The position numbers and the translations under genes were made by a program. DNA of 24,000 nt. Origin: Fusibacter sp. 3D3 (GTDB lineage Bacteria; Bacillota; Clostridia; Peptostreptococcales; Acidaminobacteraceae). Position 1 is the stretch's first letter. Each line of letters opens with the position of its first letter. Of this stretch, positions 1-9,799 are shown piece by piece. The notes below the pieces were generated by a model. The model searched no databases. It worked only from the letters and a program-made list of their open reading frames with translations, and was not told where the DNA came from. The stretch spans positions 49,983-73,982 of the forward strand of contig NZ_BDHH01000002.1 in the NCBI RefSeq assembly GCF_001748365.1, in the 5' to 3' direction.

Positions 1-419
1 GCAACATCAAACCCTTTGTTACCCGCTTTAGTGCCCGCACGTTCGATCGCTTGTTCGATGGTATCTGTGGTGATGACACCAAACATCACTGGGATCCCTT
101 CATGGAGCGAAACAGATGCAATGCCTTTCGTCACTTCACTGCAAACCAGATCATAATGTGTGGTTGCGCCTCTAATCACGGCCCCTAAACAGATTATAGC
201 ATCGTATTTTTTCGTCTTCGCCATTTGTGAGGCAATAAGAGGAATCTCAAAGGCACCCGGTACCCATGCAATATCAATTTGTTCACGATCCACATCATGC
301 CTTGTCAAGGCATCGATTGAGCCTCCTAATAATTTAGAAACAATAAATTCGTTAAACCGCGATGCCACAATGCCGATTTTGATTTCTTTTGCGATTAATT
401 TACCTTCAAATGTCTTCAT
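1..419 (-). CDS. ribH: 6,7-dimethyl-8-ribityllumazine synthase; 3' end runs off the window
   Basis: My translation from ATG 419..417 gives [43 protein letters not shown]...[12 protein letters not shown]...[12 protein letters not shown]...[16 protein letters not shown], typical of lumazine synthase. AGGAGG lies just upstream (about 424..429). It is the last gene in the ribD-ribE-ribBA-ribH order. Confidence 0.9.
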   Translation of the reverse strand, partial: MKTFEGKLIAKEIKIGIVASRFNEFIVSKLLGGSIDALTRHDVDREQIDIAWVPGAFEIPLIASQMAKTKKYDAIICLGAVIRGATTHYDLVCSEVTKGIASVSLHEGIPVMFGVITTDTIEQAIERAGTKAGNKGFDV

Positions 420-436
420 TTTTTCCTCCTGAGGCT

Positions 437-1630
437 CTAAAGTAAGTGGCCCATTTTATTTTTTTTAGTTTCTAAATAGAAAGCATCATGAATTGTAGAT
501 TTGATTTGAAGCGGCTTTCTCTCCACGACTTCAAGCCCATACGCACTCAGTCCTTCAATTTTAAGAGGATTATTGGTTAAAAGTTTGAGCTTCCTAACCC
601 CTAAATCTTTCAAAATCTGCGCACCTATAACATAGTCTCGCTCATCTTCTTCAAATCCAAGTGCTAGGTTCGCTTCAACAGTGTCCATCCCTTGATCTTG
701 AAGTGCATAGGCCTTCAGTTTATTCACAAGACCGATACCTCTACCCTCTTGTCTCAGATAAAGCAGCACACCCGTTCCAGCCGTCTCTATAGTCTCCATT
801 GCCCTCGCTAATTGCGCGCCACAATCACATCTGACAGAGCCAAATGCATCTCCTGTTAAACATTCGGAATGCACTCTACAGAGCACTGGCAACTCACTGT
901 TTATATGCCCTTTCACAAGTGCCACATGATGTTCTCCATTTAATAAATTGATATAGCTATGCGCCATAAAATCGCCGTATTTTGTCGGCATACGCGTTAC
1001 AGAAACCCTTGAAACAAGCTTTTCATTGCGTTTTCTGTAAAGCTGTAAAGCCCTAACCGTTATAAACTTAAGCCCATGTGTTTTGGCAAATAACATCAGT
1101 TCTGAGGTGCGCATCATCTCACCTTGGTCGTTCATCATCTCACAGCAGAGGCCACAAGGACTGAGTCCAGCTAGTTTCATCAAATCCACAGTGGCTTCTG
1201 TGTGCCCGTTCCTTTCTAACACGCCATTGGGTTTTGAAAGAAGTGGGAACATATGCCCTGGTCTTCTAAAATCTTCTGGCTTAGAGGTGGCATCCATGCA
1301 CTTTCTTGCCGTAATGCCACGTTCAACTGCGGAGATACCCGTGGTTGTGTCCACATGGTCAATGGAGACCGTGAAAGCTGTCCCATGTGCATCTGTATTG
1401 TTCAAAACCATTTGTGGTAAATCCAAGCGCTTCACAATTTCAAGATCCATCGGCATACAAATAAGGCCTCTACCATAAGTGGCCATAAAAGTCATATTTT
1501 CTGTGGTTGCAAATTCTGCTGCACAGATGAGATCCCCTTCATTTTCACGATCTTCATCATCCGTTACGATGATCAATTCACCCTTTTTTAGTGCTTCTAA
1601 AGCTTCCTCTATTAAATCAAATTTGTACAT
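437..1630 (-). CDS. ribBA: Bifunctional 3,4-dihydroxy-2-butanone-4-phosphate synthase / GTP cyclohydrolase II
   Basis: Track ORF 437..1654. The DHBP synthase N-terminal half ([19 protein letters not shown]) and the GTP cyclohydrolase II C-terminal half ([11 protein letters not shown]...CDCG, EGRGIGL) are recognisable. I prefer the ATG at 1630 ([11 protein letters not shown]) because GGAG lies at 1641..1638. Confidence 0.9.
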   Translation of the reverse strand: MYKFDLIEEALEALKKGELIIVTDDEDRENEGDLICAAEFATTENMTFMATYGRGLICMPMDLEIVKRLDLPQMVLNNTDAHGTAFTVSIDHVDTTTGISAVERGITARKCMDATSKPEDFRRPGHMFPLLSKPNGVLERNGHTEATVDLMKLAGLSPCGLCCEMMNDQGEMMRTSELMLFAKTHGLKFITVRALQLYRKRNEKLVSRVSVTRMPTKYGDFMAHSYINLLNGEHHVALVKGHINSELPVLCRVHSECLTGDAFGSVRCDCGAQLARAMETIETAGTGVLLYLRQEGRGIGLVNKLKAYALQDQGMDTVEANLALGFEEDERDYVIGAQILKDLGVRKLKLLTNNPLKIEGLSAYGLEVVERKPLQIKSTIHDAFYLETKKNKMGHLL

Positions 1631-1697
1631 TCCACTTCTCCTTTGTCTTTCCAATTATATTTCTATTTTGATTTTGATCTTATTTGCATTCGGATCA

Positions 1698-2333
1698 TCA
1701 AAAACCATTCTCGAATAAAAAAGCCTTCGTGAGGGTATGCGCCTGTTTGAGTGATGAGAAATGAGCCAAGTATTTGCCCACCATATCCACTTCTAAATTG
1801 ACCGTATCCCCCATTCGCTTATAACCCAGCGTGGTTTGAGATAAGGTATGCGGGATAACACTCACTGAAAAATGAAGCACCTCTTTATTCATCACTGTTA
1901 ATGAGATCCCATCAATGGCAATAGAGCCCTTTTCGATGATATAATGCATCATTTTGTCAGATGTCTTAAAAGTGTAAATCGTGGCGATGCCCTCCTTTTT
2001 TATGCCAGTGATCTCGCCGACATCATCTACGTGCCCTGAGACCATATGACCGCCAAATCGGCCATCAGCTTTCATTGCTCTCTCTAAATTCACCACTGCA
2101 CCACGCTTTAACTTGCCTAAATTCGACCGTTTTAGCGTTTCATTCATGACATCTGCCGTCATAGTTGTAGAGGTGAATTGTGTCACCGTAAGGCATACGC
2201 CATTTACGGCGATACTATCTCCAACATGAGCATCTGTAAGCACTTTAGGGCCTTCTATTTCGATTCTTGAAAGCGTGCTCCCCGTAACCATCCCCTTAAC
2301 AATACCCAGTTCTTCTATGATTCCAGTAAACAT
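1698..2333 (-). CDS. ribE: Riboflavin synthase alpha subunit
   Basis: Track ORF of 211 aa. It has the MFTGIIEE.G N-terminus and an internal duplicated lumazine-binding repeat (GDSIAVNGVCLTV / GSIAIDGISLTV). Its start overlaps the ribD stop. Confidence 0.9.
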   Translation of the reverse strand: MFTGIIEELGIVKGMVTGSTLSRIEIEGPKVLTDAHVGDSIAVNGVCLTVTQFTSTTMTADVMNETLKRSNLGKLKRGAVVNLERAMKADGRFGGHMVSGHVDDVGEITGIKKEGIATIYTFKTSDKMMHYIIEKGSIAIDGISLTVMNKEVLHFSVSVIPHTLSQTTLGYKRMGDTVNLEVDMVGKYLAHFSSLKQAHTLTKAFLFENGF

Positions 2334-3448
2334 CTTTTATCTCCCTTTTCAAACCGATATTCCAGTAAAACATCATCTTCAAACGGCTTAATTTTAACGA
2401 GCTCAAGCCGTTTTGCCTCATCCATGGCATCGACGCCAATACCACCAACGGGTGTTAAAGCCCCTTTTCCGCCTAGTATTTTAGGGGCTACGAACGCGTA
2501 TAAATACTGGACTAACTGCTCTCGTAAAACCGCATCATTTAAAGTGCTCCCACCTTCAATTAAAAGACTCTGTATGCCCAGTGCCCCAAGTGATTCCATC
2601 ATCACTTTTAAATCGATGTGCCCCTCTTTTGACGGTATCACTAGCACATAAAACCCTTGATTTTCAAGTGCTTCTCTTTTTAAAACCCCTTCATTTGTTT
2701 CAATGTAATCACTTTCACAGACTAAAAAAGTCTTTATTGCTTGCGCTGTTTGAGCAATGTGAGAAGTCAGCGGCATTCTCAAGCGACTGTCACAGATAAT
2801 TCGAATCGGGCTCTGCGTCAAATCTAATCTATACGTGAGCAATGGATCATCCTCTATCACAGTTCCAATGCCCACCATGATGCCTTGAAACTGCTTTCTC
2901 AACTGCTGAACATAGGCCCTTGAATCTTCACCTGAAATCCACTTGGATTCGCCTGTTTTCGTTGCGATCTTACCGTCAACTGTCATCGCATATTTCATTG
3001 CCACATAAGGCATTTTCGTCTTCATATGATGCAAGAAAAAGCGATTGATCGCCATGCACTTTTCACTTAAAATAGCTTCAATAACTTCTACACCGTGTTC
3101 TCTTAGTATTTCTATCCCTCTACCGCTCACTTTGGGGTTTGGATCTCTGATACCAACCACCACACATTTGATGCCGCTTTTAATAATGGCCTCCGTACAC
3201 GGTGGCGTCTTGCCATAATGACAACACGGTTCCAAGTTAACGTAAAGTGTTGCACCTTCTGTCTCGCTTATGCAAGCTGAAAGCGCATTGATTTCAGCAT
3301 GTGGTCCGCCATATTTTTCATGATAACCCTGTCCAATAATTTTATTTTCACGTACGATCACAGCGCCCACCATGGGATTCGGTGCAACTCTTCCAAGCCC
3401 CTTAATGGCAAGCTTTAATGCGATTTTCATATAATATTCATGTGTCAT
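2315..3448 (-). CDS. ribD: Bifunctional diaminohydroxyphosphoribosylaminopyrimidine deaminase / 5-amino-6-(5-phosphoribosylamino)uracil reductase
   Basis: Track ORF of 377 aa. It carries the CMP/dCMP-type deaminase zinc motif (HAEINAL ... PCCHYGKTPPC) and a reductase C-terminal half. GGAGG lies upstream of the ATG at 3448. Confidence 0.9.
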   Translation of the reverse strand: MTHEYYMKIALKLAIKGLGRVAPNPMVGAVIVRENKIIGQGYHEKYGGPHAEINALSACISETEGATLYVNLEPCCHYGKTPPCTEAIIKSGIKCVVVGIRDPNPKVSGRGIEILREHGVEVIEAILSEKCMAINRFFLHHMKTKMPYVAMKYAMTVDGKIATKTGESKWISGEDSRAYVQQLRKQFQGIMVGIGTVIEDDPLLTYRLDLTQSPIRIICDSRLRMPLTSHIAQTAQAIKTFLVCESDYIETNEGVLKREALENQGFYVLVIPSKEGHIDLKVMMESLGALGIQSLLIEGGSTLNDAVLREQLVQYLYAFVAPKILGGKGALTPVGGIGVDAMDEAKRLELVKIKPFEDDVLLEYRFEKGDKRCLLES

Positions 3449-3482
3449 TTATACCTCCCTCATGATTTGTGAATTAATTCAC

Positions 3483-3514
3483 CAAAAAAAAGCCCTGAAT
3501 CAAATCAGGGCTTT
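3483..3514 (-). terminator. Intrinsic terminator forming the FMN riboswitch expression platform
   Basis: On the minus strand, AAAGCCCTGA-tttga-TCAGGGCTTT is followed by a T8 run (plus-strand A-run 3484..3491). It lies between the riboswitch aptamer and the ribD start. Confidence 0.8.
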
Positions 3515-3663
3515 TAAGCGTTGTGCTTTTGTGATAATTAATGATCAAAAAAACTAATGATATTAAAAAAACTCTGAAATGGATTAACATTTCAGAGCCT
3601 ATTCACAAAATCATCATAATATATGTTGCACTCAAAAAGGTGTACAATACATTTATGAAATCT

Positions 3664-3778
3664 TTGATCTTCTTTCATCCAGACTTTACTGTCGGCTTCG
3701 GAGTTACACCGAATCATACCTTGCGGCTCGTGGGCTATACCACCGGTAGGGAATTGCACCCTGCCCTGAAGATTCTAT
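3664..3778 (-). promoter_or_regulatory. FMN riboswitch (RFN element) aptamer
   Basis: The minus strand reads ...CTTCAGGGCAGGGTGCAATTCCCTACCGGTGGTATAGCCCACGAGCCGCAAGGTATGATTCGGTGTAACTCCGAAGCCGACAGTAAAGTCTGGATGAAAGAAGA. This matches the conserved RFN core and sits upstream of the rib operon. Confidence 0.93.
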
Positions 3779-3790
3779 TAAGTTACTGAC

Positions 3791-3819
3791 ATCTTAGCAC
3801 AGTAAAATTTAGCTGTCAA
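3791..3819 (-). promoter_or_regulatory. Sigma-A type promoter of the riboswitch/rib operon
   Basis: Minus strand: TTGACA (3819..3814), a 17-nt spacer, then TAAGAT (3796..3791), just upstream of the riboswitch. Confidence 0.6.
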
Positions 3820-3848
3820 TTGCCTTTATTTTTAATATGCCTCTTTTT

Positions 3849-4808
3849 TTAGTTCTTCATAATCAATTTCAAATCCACTGGTACAAATGCATCCACAGTC
3901 TCACCGTTTAATACCTTTTGAGCATATTCAACGCCAAGTCCACCAATCATGTCGGGTTGTTGAGCAACAGTAGCTGCCAAGGTGCCTTCTTCAACTGCTT
4001 TCACAGCGTCATCAGTTGCATCGAATCCAACCACCATGATATCTCTTCCTGAGGCTTGAATTGCTTTTAAAGCACCAAGTGCCATTTCGTCATTATGCGC
4101 GAAAACAGCGTTGATTTCTGGTTGTGCTTGAAGAATGTTTTCCATTACAGATAAGCCTTTAGTACGATCAAAATCTGCAACTTGTTTTGCAACCACTTCT
4201 ACCGAAGATCCTTCAAGTGCTGTGTTGAAACCAAGACCGCGATCTCTCGCTGCAGAAGTCCCTGCAATACCTTCAAGTTCTACCACTTTACCAGTGCCAT
4301 TAAGCTGTGACACAACGTATTCACCAGCCATTTTACCACCAGCGACGTTATCTGAAGCAATATGTGTTACCACTTCACCTGCATTTGCACCTCTATCAAG
4401 TGTGATTACTGGAATAGATTTTGCGTTTGCAGCTTTAATCGCATTAACCACTGCATCTGAATCCGTTGGGTTGATCAAGATGACACTCACTTCCTGTGTC
4501 AACAAATCTTCAACATTGCTGAGTTCTTTTGCTGGATCGTTTTGAGAATCTAAAACGATGATTTCCATACCAAGTGCTTTCGCTTTGGCTTCAGCACCTT
4601 CTTTTAAAGTGACAAAGAAAGGGTTATCCAGTGTCGAAACGACTAAACCAATTTTTGCTACTGCTGGGTCGGTTGACTCTGGAGCAGTTGCTTCTGGCGC
4701 TGGTGTTGTTGCTTCTGGTGTTGCTACTGGTGCCGCTTCTTTTGCACACCCTGCAAGTGCTGTAAATGCAAGCAACATAATTAATAGTAATGCTAATATT
4801 TTTTTCAT
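3849..4808 (-). CDS. rbsB: Ribose ABC transporter substrate-binding lipoprotein
   Basis: Track ORF of 319 aa. It has a signal peptide with lipobox LAGC and a type-I periplasmic-binding fold similar to RbsB ([20 protein letters not shown]). It is the last gene of the rbs operon. Confidence 0.85.
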   Translation of the reverse strand: MKKILALLLIMLLAFTALAGCAKEAAPVATPEATTPAPEATAPESTDPAVAKIGLVVSTLDNPFFVTLKEGAEAKAKALGMEIIVLDSQNDPAKELSNVEDLLTQEVSVILINPTDSDAVVNAIKAANAKSIPVITLDRGANAGEVVTHIASDNVAGGKMAGEYVVSQLNGTGKVVELEGIAGTSAARDRGLGFNTALEGSSVEVVAKQVADFDRTKGLSVMENILQAQPEINAVFAHNDEMALGALKAIQASGRDIMVVGFDATDDAVKAVEEGTLAATVAQQPDMIGGLGVEYAQKVLNGETVDAFVPVDLKLIMKN

Positions 4809-4827
4809 TTTACATCTCCCCTTAAAA

Positions 4828-5769
4828 CTATTTTTGTTTTCTATCTAAAAGAACTGCGATCAAAATGACCAAGCCCTTTAGTAGCAATTGATAATACGAA
4901 CTAACATTCATTAAGTTCAGTGCATTGTTTAAAATACCGATGATAAGCGCGCCTACGATGGTCCCTAATATGGACCCCACACCGCCCGCAAGACTCGTTC
5001 CGCCAAGAACAACAGCAGCTATAGCATCGAGCTCATAACCACTCCCTGCCGTGGGTTGAGCGGATGATAATCGGCTGGTGATGATAATGCCTGCAAGCGC
5101 TGCCAATAAGCCATTAATCCCGTAGACGAAAATCTTGATACGATCTACATTGATCCCAGATAATTCAGTGGCATCTTCATTGCCACCAAGGGCGTAAACA
5201 TAACGTCCAAACGTCGTGTTTTTCAAGATGAAATAGCCAAAAGAAAAAATCGCAATCATGATCAATACTGGGTTTGGTATATTGAAAATATAACCCTCCC
5301 CGATCTTATTAAAGAGCTCTCCATAAGCATCATAGCCTGTGGAAATAGGCTTCCCATTGGTAAAAACCATGGTTGCACCTCTTAAAATGGTCATCGTTGC
5401 CAGAGTTACAATAAAAGGCTGTAATCTGCCTTTACTGATGATAACCCCATTGAGCATGCCCAATCCCAGCCCTAAAAGAAGTGAAAAAAAGACTGCCAAA
5501 AGTGGATGAACACCACTAAAAATCATGAAGGCACTGGTTGCACCCGTAAAGGCAAGCGTGGATCCAATCGACAAGTCAATCCCACCTGTTAAGATAACAA
5601 AGGTCATTCCAGCTGCAATGATAGAGTTTATTGAGGTTTGTCTTAACACATTGGATATATTGGACAAAGTCAGAAAACGATCGTTTAGCAACGAAATGAT
5701 TAAAGAAAATAGAATGAGACCTATAATGGATCTGTATTTAACCAACGTTGATTTAAGCTTTACATTCAT
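4828..5769 (-). CDS. rbsC: Ribose ABC transporter permease
   Basis: Track ORF of 313 aa. It is polytopic, with an RbsC/BPD_transp_2 pattern ([17 protein letters not shown]). Its start overlaps the rbsA stop. Confidence 0.85.
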   Translation of the reverse strand: MNVKLKSTLVKYRSIIGLILFSLIISLLNDRFLTLSNISNVLRQTSINSIIAAGMTFVILTGGIDLSIGSTLAFTGATSAFMIFSGVHPLLAVFFSLLLGLGLGMLNGVIISKGRLQPFIVTLATMTILRGATMVFTNGKPISTGYDAYGELFNKIGEGYIFNIPNPVLIMIAIFSFGYFILKNTTFGRYVYALGGNEDATELSGINVDRIKIFVYGINGLLAALAGIIITSRLSSAQPTAGSGYELDAIAAVVLGGTSLAGGVGSILGTIVGALIIGILNNALNLMNVSSYYQLLLKGLVILIAVLLDRKQK

Positions 5770-7268
5770 TAATTTAAATCCTCCCTACTCCCAATGGCTA
5801 ATTTCATAATTTTTTCCTGTGTGGCCTCTTTTATTTCCAATATGCCTGATACAGTCCCCTCGTGCATCACCATGACACGATCGCTCATGCCTAGAATTTC
5901 TGGAATTTCAGAAGAAATCATAATAATACTCATGCCTTTTTTCTTAAACTGATTCATGAGTTCATAGATTTCCTTTTTAGCGCCAACATCAACGCCTCTT
6001 GTGGGTTCATCTAAAATTAAAATATCCGGTCCTGTTAAAAGGCTCTTGCCAATACTCACTTTTTGTTGATTCCCACCACTGAGATTTTTGACCCGTTGAT
6101 TGACTGAAGGCGTCTTGATCGACATACTTTCAATCATACTTTCTGTTTTTTCTGACTCTTCTCTTTTATTAATTACCATTGCAACCGACATTTTTTTAAG
6201 TGCAGATAAACTCATATTTTCTTTGACACTCATGCTCAGTATCAACCCATCACCTTTGCGATCTTCAGAAACATAAGTAATGCCATTTTCAATTGCTTCA
6301 CCTGTATTTTTAAAGCGCTTTCGAGTCCCACGTAAAAATATTTCACCACTTTCAGAGGCGATTGCACCGACTATCGTCTTTGCAAGTTCTGTCCTTTGAG
6401 AGCCCATTAGACCCGCAATCCCTAGGATTTCACCTTCTCTAAGATTAAAATTAATGTTTCTAATGTGTTTGTTCTTCAAATTTTTGACTTCTAAAATAGG
6501 CGCTTTGATTTCAACTTCAAGTCGAGGATAGAGATCTTCTAACTTTCGCCCCACCATCATCTCGATTAACCTGCTCTCATCCATTTCGCTCACAGGACTT
6601 TCTGCTATAAAAGTACCATCTCTTAAAATCGTCACGTCATCACAGATTTCAAAGATTTCTTTTAATCTATGGGAAATATAGATAATGCTTTTATGCTGCG
6701 CTTTAAGCGCTCTAATAACCGCAAATAAGCTTTCTGTTTCTTTGTCTGTGAGTGCATCTGTAGGTTCATCCATTATGATCAGTTTCGCATGGATGGACAA
6801 CGCCTTTGCGATCTCCACCATTTGTTTTTTCCCGATACTCAAATCGGCGACCTTTGCCTTGACATTTTCCCTCATCCCTAACGACTGCATCAACTGCTCT
6901 GCTTCTTCATAGAGTGCTTTCCACCTTATGACACCAAATGCATTTCGAGGTTCTCTACCCAAAAATATATTTTCACCAATGGTCAAATGGTCGATTAAAT
7001 TGAGTTCCTGATGGATGATGGCAATCCCACCTTCTTGAGATTCTCTCGTATTTTTAAAATGAACAGGCTTACCCTCAAAAAGAATTTCACCAGCCGTTCT
7101 TTTGTAAACGCCTGAAACAATTTTCATCAATGTAGATTTTCCAGCACCGTTTTCCCCAAGAAGTGCCATCACTTTGCCTTCATAAGCATTAAGTGACACA
7201 CCATCAAGCGCTTTAACGCCTGGAAATTCTTTTTCTATGCCCTTCATCTGCAACAGCACTTTTTCCAT
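5769..7268 (-). CDS. rbsA: Ribose import ATP-binding protein (duplicated ABC ATPase)
   Basis: The track ORF extends to 7316. I prefer the ATG at 7268 (MEKVLLQMKGIEKEF), which overlaps the rbsD TAA (TAATG). It has two ABC domains (GENGAGKST Walker A, LSIGKKQ / LSGGNQQK signatures, IIMDEPT / LILDEPT Walker B). Confidence 0.9.
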   Translation of the reverse strand: MEKVLLQMKGIEKEFPGVKALDGVSLNAYEGKVMALLGENGAGKSTLMKIVSGVYKRTAGEILFEGKPVHFKNTRESQEGGIAIIHQELNLIDHLTIGENIFLGREPRNAFGVIRWKALYEEAEQLMQSLGMRENVKAKVADLSIGKKQMVEIAKALSIHAKLIIMDEPTDALTDKETESLFAVIRALKAQHKSIIYISHRLKEIFEICDDVTILRDGTFIAESPVSEMDESRLIEMMVGRKLEDLYPRLEVEIKAPILEVKNLKNKHIRNINFNLREGEILGIAGLMGSQRTELAKTIVGAIASESGEIFLRGTRKRFKNTGEAIENGITYVSEDRKGDGLILSMSVKENMSLSALKKMSVAMVINKREESEKTESMIESMSIKTPSVNQRVKNLSGGNQQKVSIGKSLLTGPDILILDEPTRGVDVGAKKEIYELMNQFKKKGMSIIMISSEIPEILGMSDRVMVMHEGTVSGILEIKEATQEKIMKLAIGSREDLN

Positions 7269-7663
7269 TAAAACGTCACTCCTGACACCAATATAATATT
7301 TGCAAAAGGGGTACATTCACCAGTTCTTATAACGGCTCTCGCCTCATTTGTCTTTTTCTTAAAGTCTTCATGTGATACAAAAGTCATTTGATTTTCTGTA
7401 AAATTGGCTTCAATTATATTTAAAATCTCAGGATTCAGTGTTTTGAGTTCTTCAGCGAGTATGACAGCTTCTACCTGTACACTGCTTAGAACAACTTCCA
7501 ACGTCTCCTTAAAACTGGGGATGCCTTGACTTAAAGCTAAATCAATTCGGTTTACATGTTTAGGTATTGGAAGGCCTGCGTCACCTATTACGAGCATATC
7601 TGTATGCCCCATCTTGCCCACGATCGCTAAGACTTCAGAATTTAATAGCTTTCCTTTAAACAT
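7268..7663 (-). CDS. rbsD: D-ribose pyranase
   Basis: Track ORF of 131 aa. It is RbsD-like (GHTDMLVIGDAGLPIP ... VIRTGE.TP.ANIIL) and sits between rbsK and rbsA. Confidence 0.85.
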   Translation of the reverse strand: MFKGKLLNSEVLAIVGKMGHTDMLVIGDAGLPIPKHVNRIDLALSQGIPSFKETLEVVLSSVQVEAVILAEELKTLNPEILNIIEANFTENQMTFVSHEDFKKKTNEARAVIRTGECTPFANIILVSGVTF

Positions 7664-8569
7664 TTACACACCAAACCTTTCTTGCACTTCTGCCAATGTT
7701 GGCAAGGAACTCTGTGCACCCTTTCTCGTCACAGTAATTGCCGCTGCCAAAGTTGCAAAGTCAATACTTGCATCCATGGCCTCACCTCGAGAGAGTGCAA
7801 AGAGTAATCCCCCTATAAAACTATCTCCAGCTGCAGTTGTATCCACAGGGACAACTTTTTGTGCCTTGAAGTAGGTCTTTGTAGTGCCATCACATAAAAC
7901 AGCACCGTGTTCTCCTAGCGTAATCAAGATCTTTTGAGTGCCTAATGCAATGAGATCCCTGACCCCGCGATCAAGCATTCTTTCGTTTTTCGGATCACAG
8001 CCTGTTAGCAGCTTAAATTCTGTCTCATTGGGAATTAATAAATCAACATTTTCTAAAATTGATGAAGGCAATCCTTGTGCAGGGGCAGGATTCAAAACAG
8101 TAGTCATCCCCTTGCCTTTCGCCATTTTAAAACTTTTTTCTATAATTTCAAGTGGCACTTCTAGTTGTGCGACGAGATAGTCCCCTTCTAAAATTTGCTC
8201 TGAAATGTCATGTACTGAAAGTTCAAAATTTGCACCTGGTATGACCACGATCGAATTATCACCACTATCATTGACCATAATAATTGCTGTCCCCGTAGGT
8301 GCAGAGTCCGATTTTAACACATGTTTTGTATCCACATGATCTTTACTGAGGCTCTCTGTAAGTTGAGTCCCAAAATCATCACGCCCAACCTTACCGATCA
8401 TCGAAACATTGCCGCCAAGTCTTCCGATAGTAGCCGCCTGATTAGCCCCTTTCCCACCTGGGATCTTATCAAAACCATTTCCAAGTACCGTTTCTCCAAC
8501 TACTGGCGTCATATGAACACAGGTCACTAAGTCCATATTTAAACTTCCGAGTACATTAATTTTTTTCAT
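7664..8569 (-). CDS. rbsK: Ribokinase
   Basis: Track ORF of 301 aa. It carries PfkB family motifs (GGKGANQA, DTTAAGDSFIGG). Confidence 0.88.
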   Translation of the reverse strand: MKKINVLGSLNMDLVTCVHMTPVVGETVLGNGFDKIPGGKGANQAATIGRLGGNVSMIGKVGRDDFGTQLTESLSKDHVDTKHVLKSDSAPTGTAIIMVNDSGDNSIVVIPGANFELSVHDISEQILEGDYLVAQLEVPLEIIEKSFKMAKGKGMTTVLNPAPAQGLPSSILENVDLLIPNETEFKLLTGCDPKNERMLDRGVRDLIALGTQKILITLGEHGAVLCDGTTKTYFKAQKVVPVDTTAAGDSFIGGLLFALSRGEAMDASIDFATLAAAITVTRKGAQSSLPTLAEVQERFGV

Positions 8570-8602
8570 ACGAATGTCCTTTCTGTCATCATAAATGCGT
8601 TA

Positions 8603-8619
8603 AGGTAAACGTTTAACCT
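8603..8619. promoter_or_regulatory. LacI/RbsR-type (cre-like) operator upstream of rbsK
   Basis: AGGTAAACGTTTAACCT is an imperfect palindrome centred on CG. It shares the GTAAACGTTTA core with the site at 9666..9683. Confidence 0.6.
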
Positions 8620-8648
8620 ATCTGTTTTTTAGAGAGCTTTTACGCTCT

Positions 8649-9650
8649 CTATTTTGTTGTATCACGTATAATCAATTCTGTTTTTAGGACTTCTTCATGT
8701 GTTTCAATTTTACTATGATTCAGCATTTTAATTAAAAGTTCAGCAGTCTTATATCCCATGAGATATTTGGGTTGACTCACCGTTGTGAGTTCGGGCTCTA
8801 TCATGCTCGCCAAATAAATATCATCAAATCCAACAACACCCACTTCATAAGGCACAATCTTTCCGTTTTTCTTTAAAGCCTTTAGGGCCCCAATGGCAAT
8901 TAAGTCGTTGCCACAAAAAACACCATCAAATGGAATGCCCTGATTGATCACCTTTTCCATGCTCTCGTATCCCGATTCACTGGTGTAATCCCCTTCGAAA
9001 ATCAAGACATCAGCGTCCTTATATCCGAATTCTTCAAGCGCCTTCTTATAGCCTTCAATCCGAAGCTTAGTGGGCATACTTGTGGCAGGGCCACTGAGAT
9101 GAATCACTTTAGTATACCCTTTATCAAGCATATACTTTACAGCTTCATACGCTCCGGAAATATTGTCCACCGTAATTTTGCCTTGAGCTTTCAATCCTTC
9201 AATTTCACGGTCAAGCGAAATAATCGGAATATTGATGTGTTTTAATGACTCGCTGATCTTAAGCCGTCTACTAGACGCTGTAAAAATAATGCCATCTACC
9301 ATCTTCTCTTGGAGCATGGCGATGTAAGCATCTTCTTTTGCCACATCATCATCTGTATTGCACAAAATCAGACTGTAACCCTCTTCACTTGCTTTGTCCT
9401 CAGCACCTCTTGCCACTTCTGGGAAAAAGGGATTGGCAATATTCGGAATGACGAGCCCAATACTTTTGGTCTCTTTGGTAATCATGCTACTCGCCACACG
9501 ATTGGGCACATAACCCGTCTCTTTTATGATTTTAAAAATGCGATCTCGCGTTTCCTGAGATATTTTGGCATCTTTCTTATTAATTACTTTTGAAACCGTT
9601 GCAATGGACACATCTGCCATCCGAGCGATATCTTTTATTGTCACTTTCAA
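8649..9650 (-). CDS. rbsR: LacI-family transcriptional repressor of the ribose operon
   Basis: Track ORF of 333 aa. It has an N-terminal LacI HTH (VTIKDIARMADVSIATVSKVIN) and a sugar-binding domain. The start is TTG at 9650 with GGAG 8 nt upstream. It is the first gene of the rbs cluster. Confidence 0.85.
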   Translation of the reverse strand: MKVTIKDIARMADVSIATVSKVINKKDAKISQETRDRIFKIIKETGYVPNRVASSMITKETKSIGLVIPNIANPFFPEVARGAEDKASEEGYSLILCNTDDDVAKEDAYIAMLQEKMVDGIIFTASSRRLKISESLKHINIPIISLDREIEGLKAQGKITVDNISGAYEAVKYMLDKGYTKVIHLSGPATSMPTKLRIEGYKKALEEFGYKDADVLIFEGDYTSESGYESMEKVINQGIPFDGVFCGNDLIAIGALKALKKNGKIVPYEVGVVGFDDIYLASMIEPELTTVSQPKYLMGYKTAELLIKMLNHSKIETHEEVLKTELIIRDTTK

Positions 9651-9665
9651 ATGAGAATCTCCTTC

Positions 9666-9683
9666 AGGGTAAACGTTTACCCT
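9666..9683. promoter_or_regulatory. Perfect 18-bp palindromic LacI/RbsR-type operator
   Basis: AGGGTAAACGTTTACCCT equals its own reverse complement. It lies between the rbsR -10 box and the rbsR start. Confidence 0.7.
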
Positions 9684-9695
9684 ATTTCTAAATTC

Positions 9696-9724
9696 ATTAT
9701 ATCAACTTCTGATTTTCTTTTCAA
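9696..9724 (-). promoter_or_regulatory. Sigma-A type promoter of rbsR (rbs operon)
   Basis: Minus strand: TTGAAA (9724..9719), a 17-nt spacer, then TATAAT (9701..9696), preceded by TG (extended -10). Confidence 0.65.
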
Positions 9725-9739
9725 GTCCTTTTTAGAGCA

Positions 9740-9767
9740 TTGAAAAAATGCACCAGTAGATTATAAT
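9740..9767 (+). promoter_or_regulatory. Sigma-A type promoter of the AbrB-duplication membrane protein gene
   Basis: TTGAAA (9740..9745), a 16-nt spacer, then TATAAT (9762..9767). It is back-to-back with the rbsR promoter. Confidence 0.55.
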
Positions 9768-9799
9768 GTAAAGTAACACAAAGAAATGGAGGTCTACAC

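Noticed and set aside
160-432. Plus-strand track ORFs antisense to clear minus-strand genes: 160..432, 1083..1478, 1479..1718, 2424..2651, 2581..2799, 4135..4545, 4558..4848, 5525..5809, 6685..6912, 7614..7874, 7938..8180, 8321..8530, 9309..9593, 14905..15087, 18703..18933, 20735..20989, 22153..22338 and 22614..22832.
   Set aside because: Each lies fully or largely within a well-supported gene on the opposite strand. They have low-complexity, serine- or proline-rich, odd translations, no ribosome-binding sites and no recognisable motifs. They are shadow ORFs.
3541-3789. 82-aa plus-strand ORF between ribD and rbsB.
   Set aside because: It overlaps the FMN riboswitch aptamer and leader on the opposite strand, and the riboswitch explains the conservation-like sequence.
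7269-7316. N-terminal extensions of rbsA (to 7316), ribBA (to 1654), the 174-aa ORF (to 20157), the 140-aa ORF (to 17855) and the PBECR-like ORF (to 12685).
   Set aside because: Internal ATG codons have proper Shine-Dalgarno spacing and give canonical N-termini. The extensions overlap upstream genes or lack an RBS.
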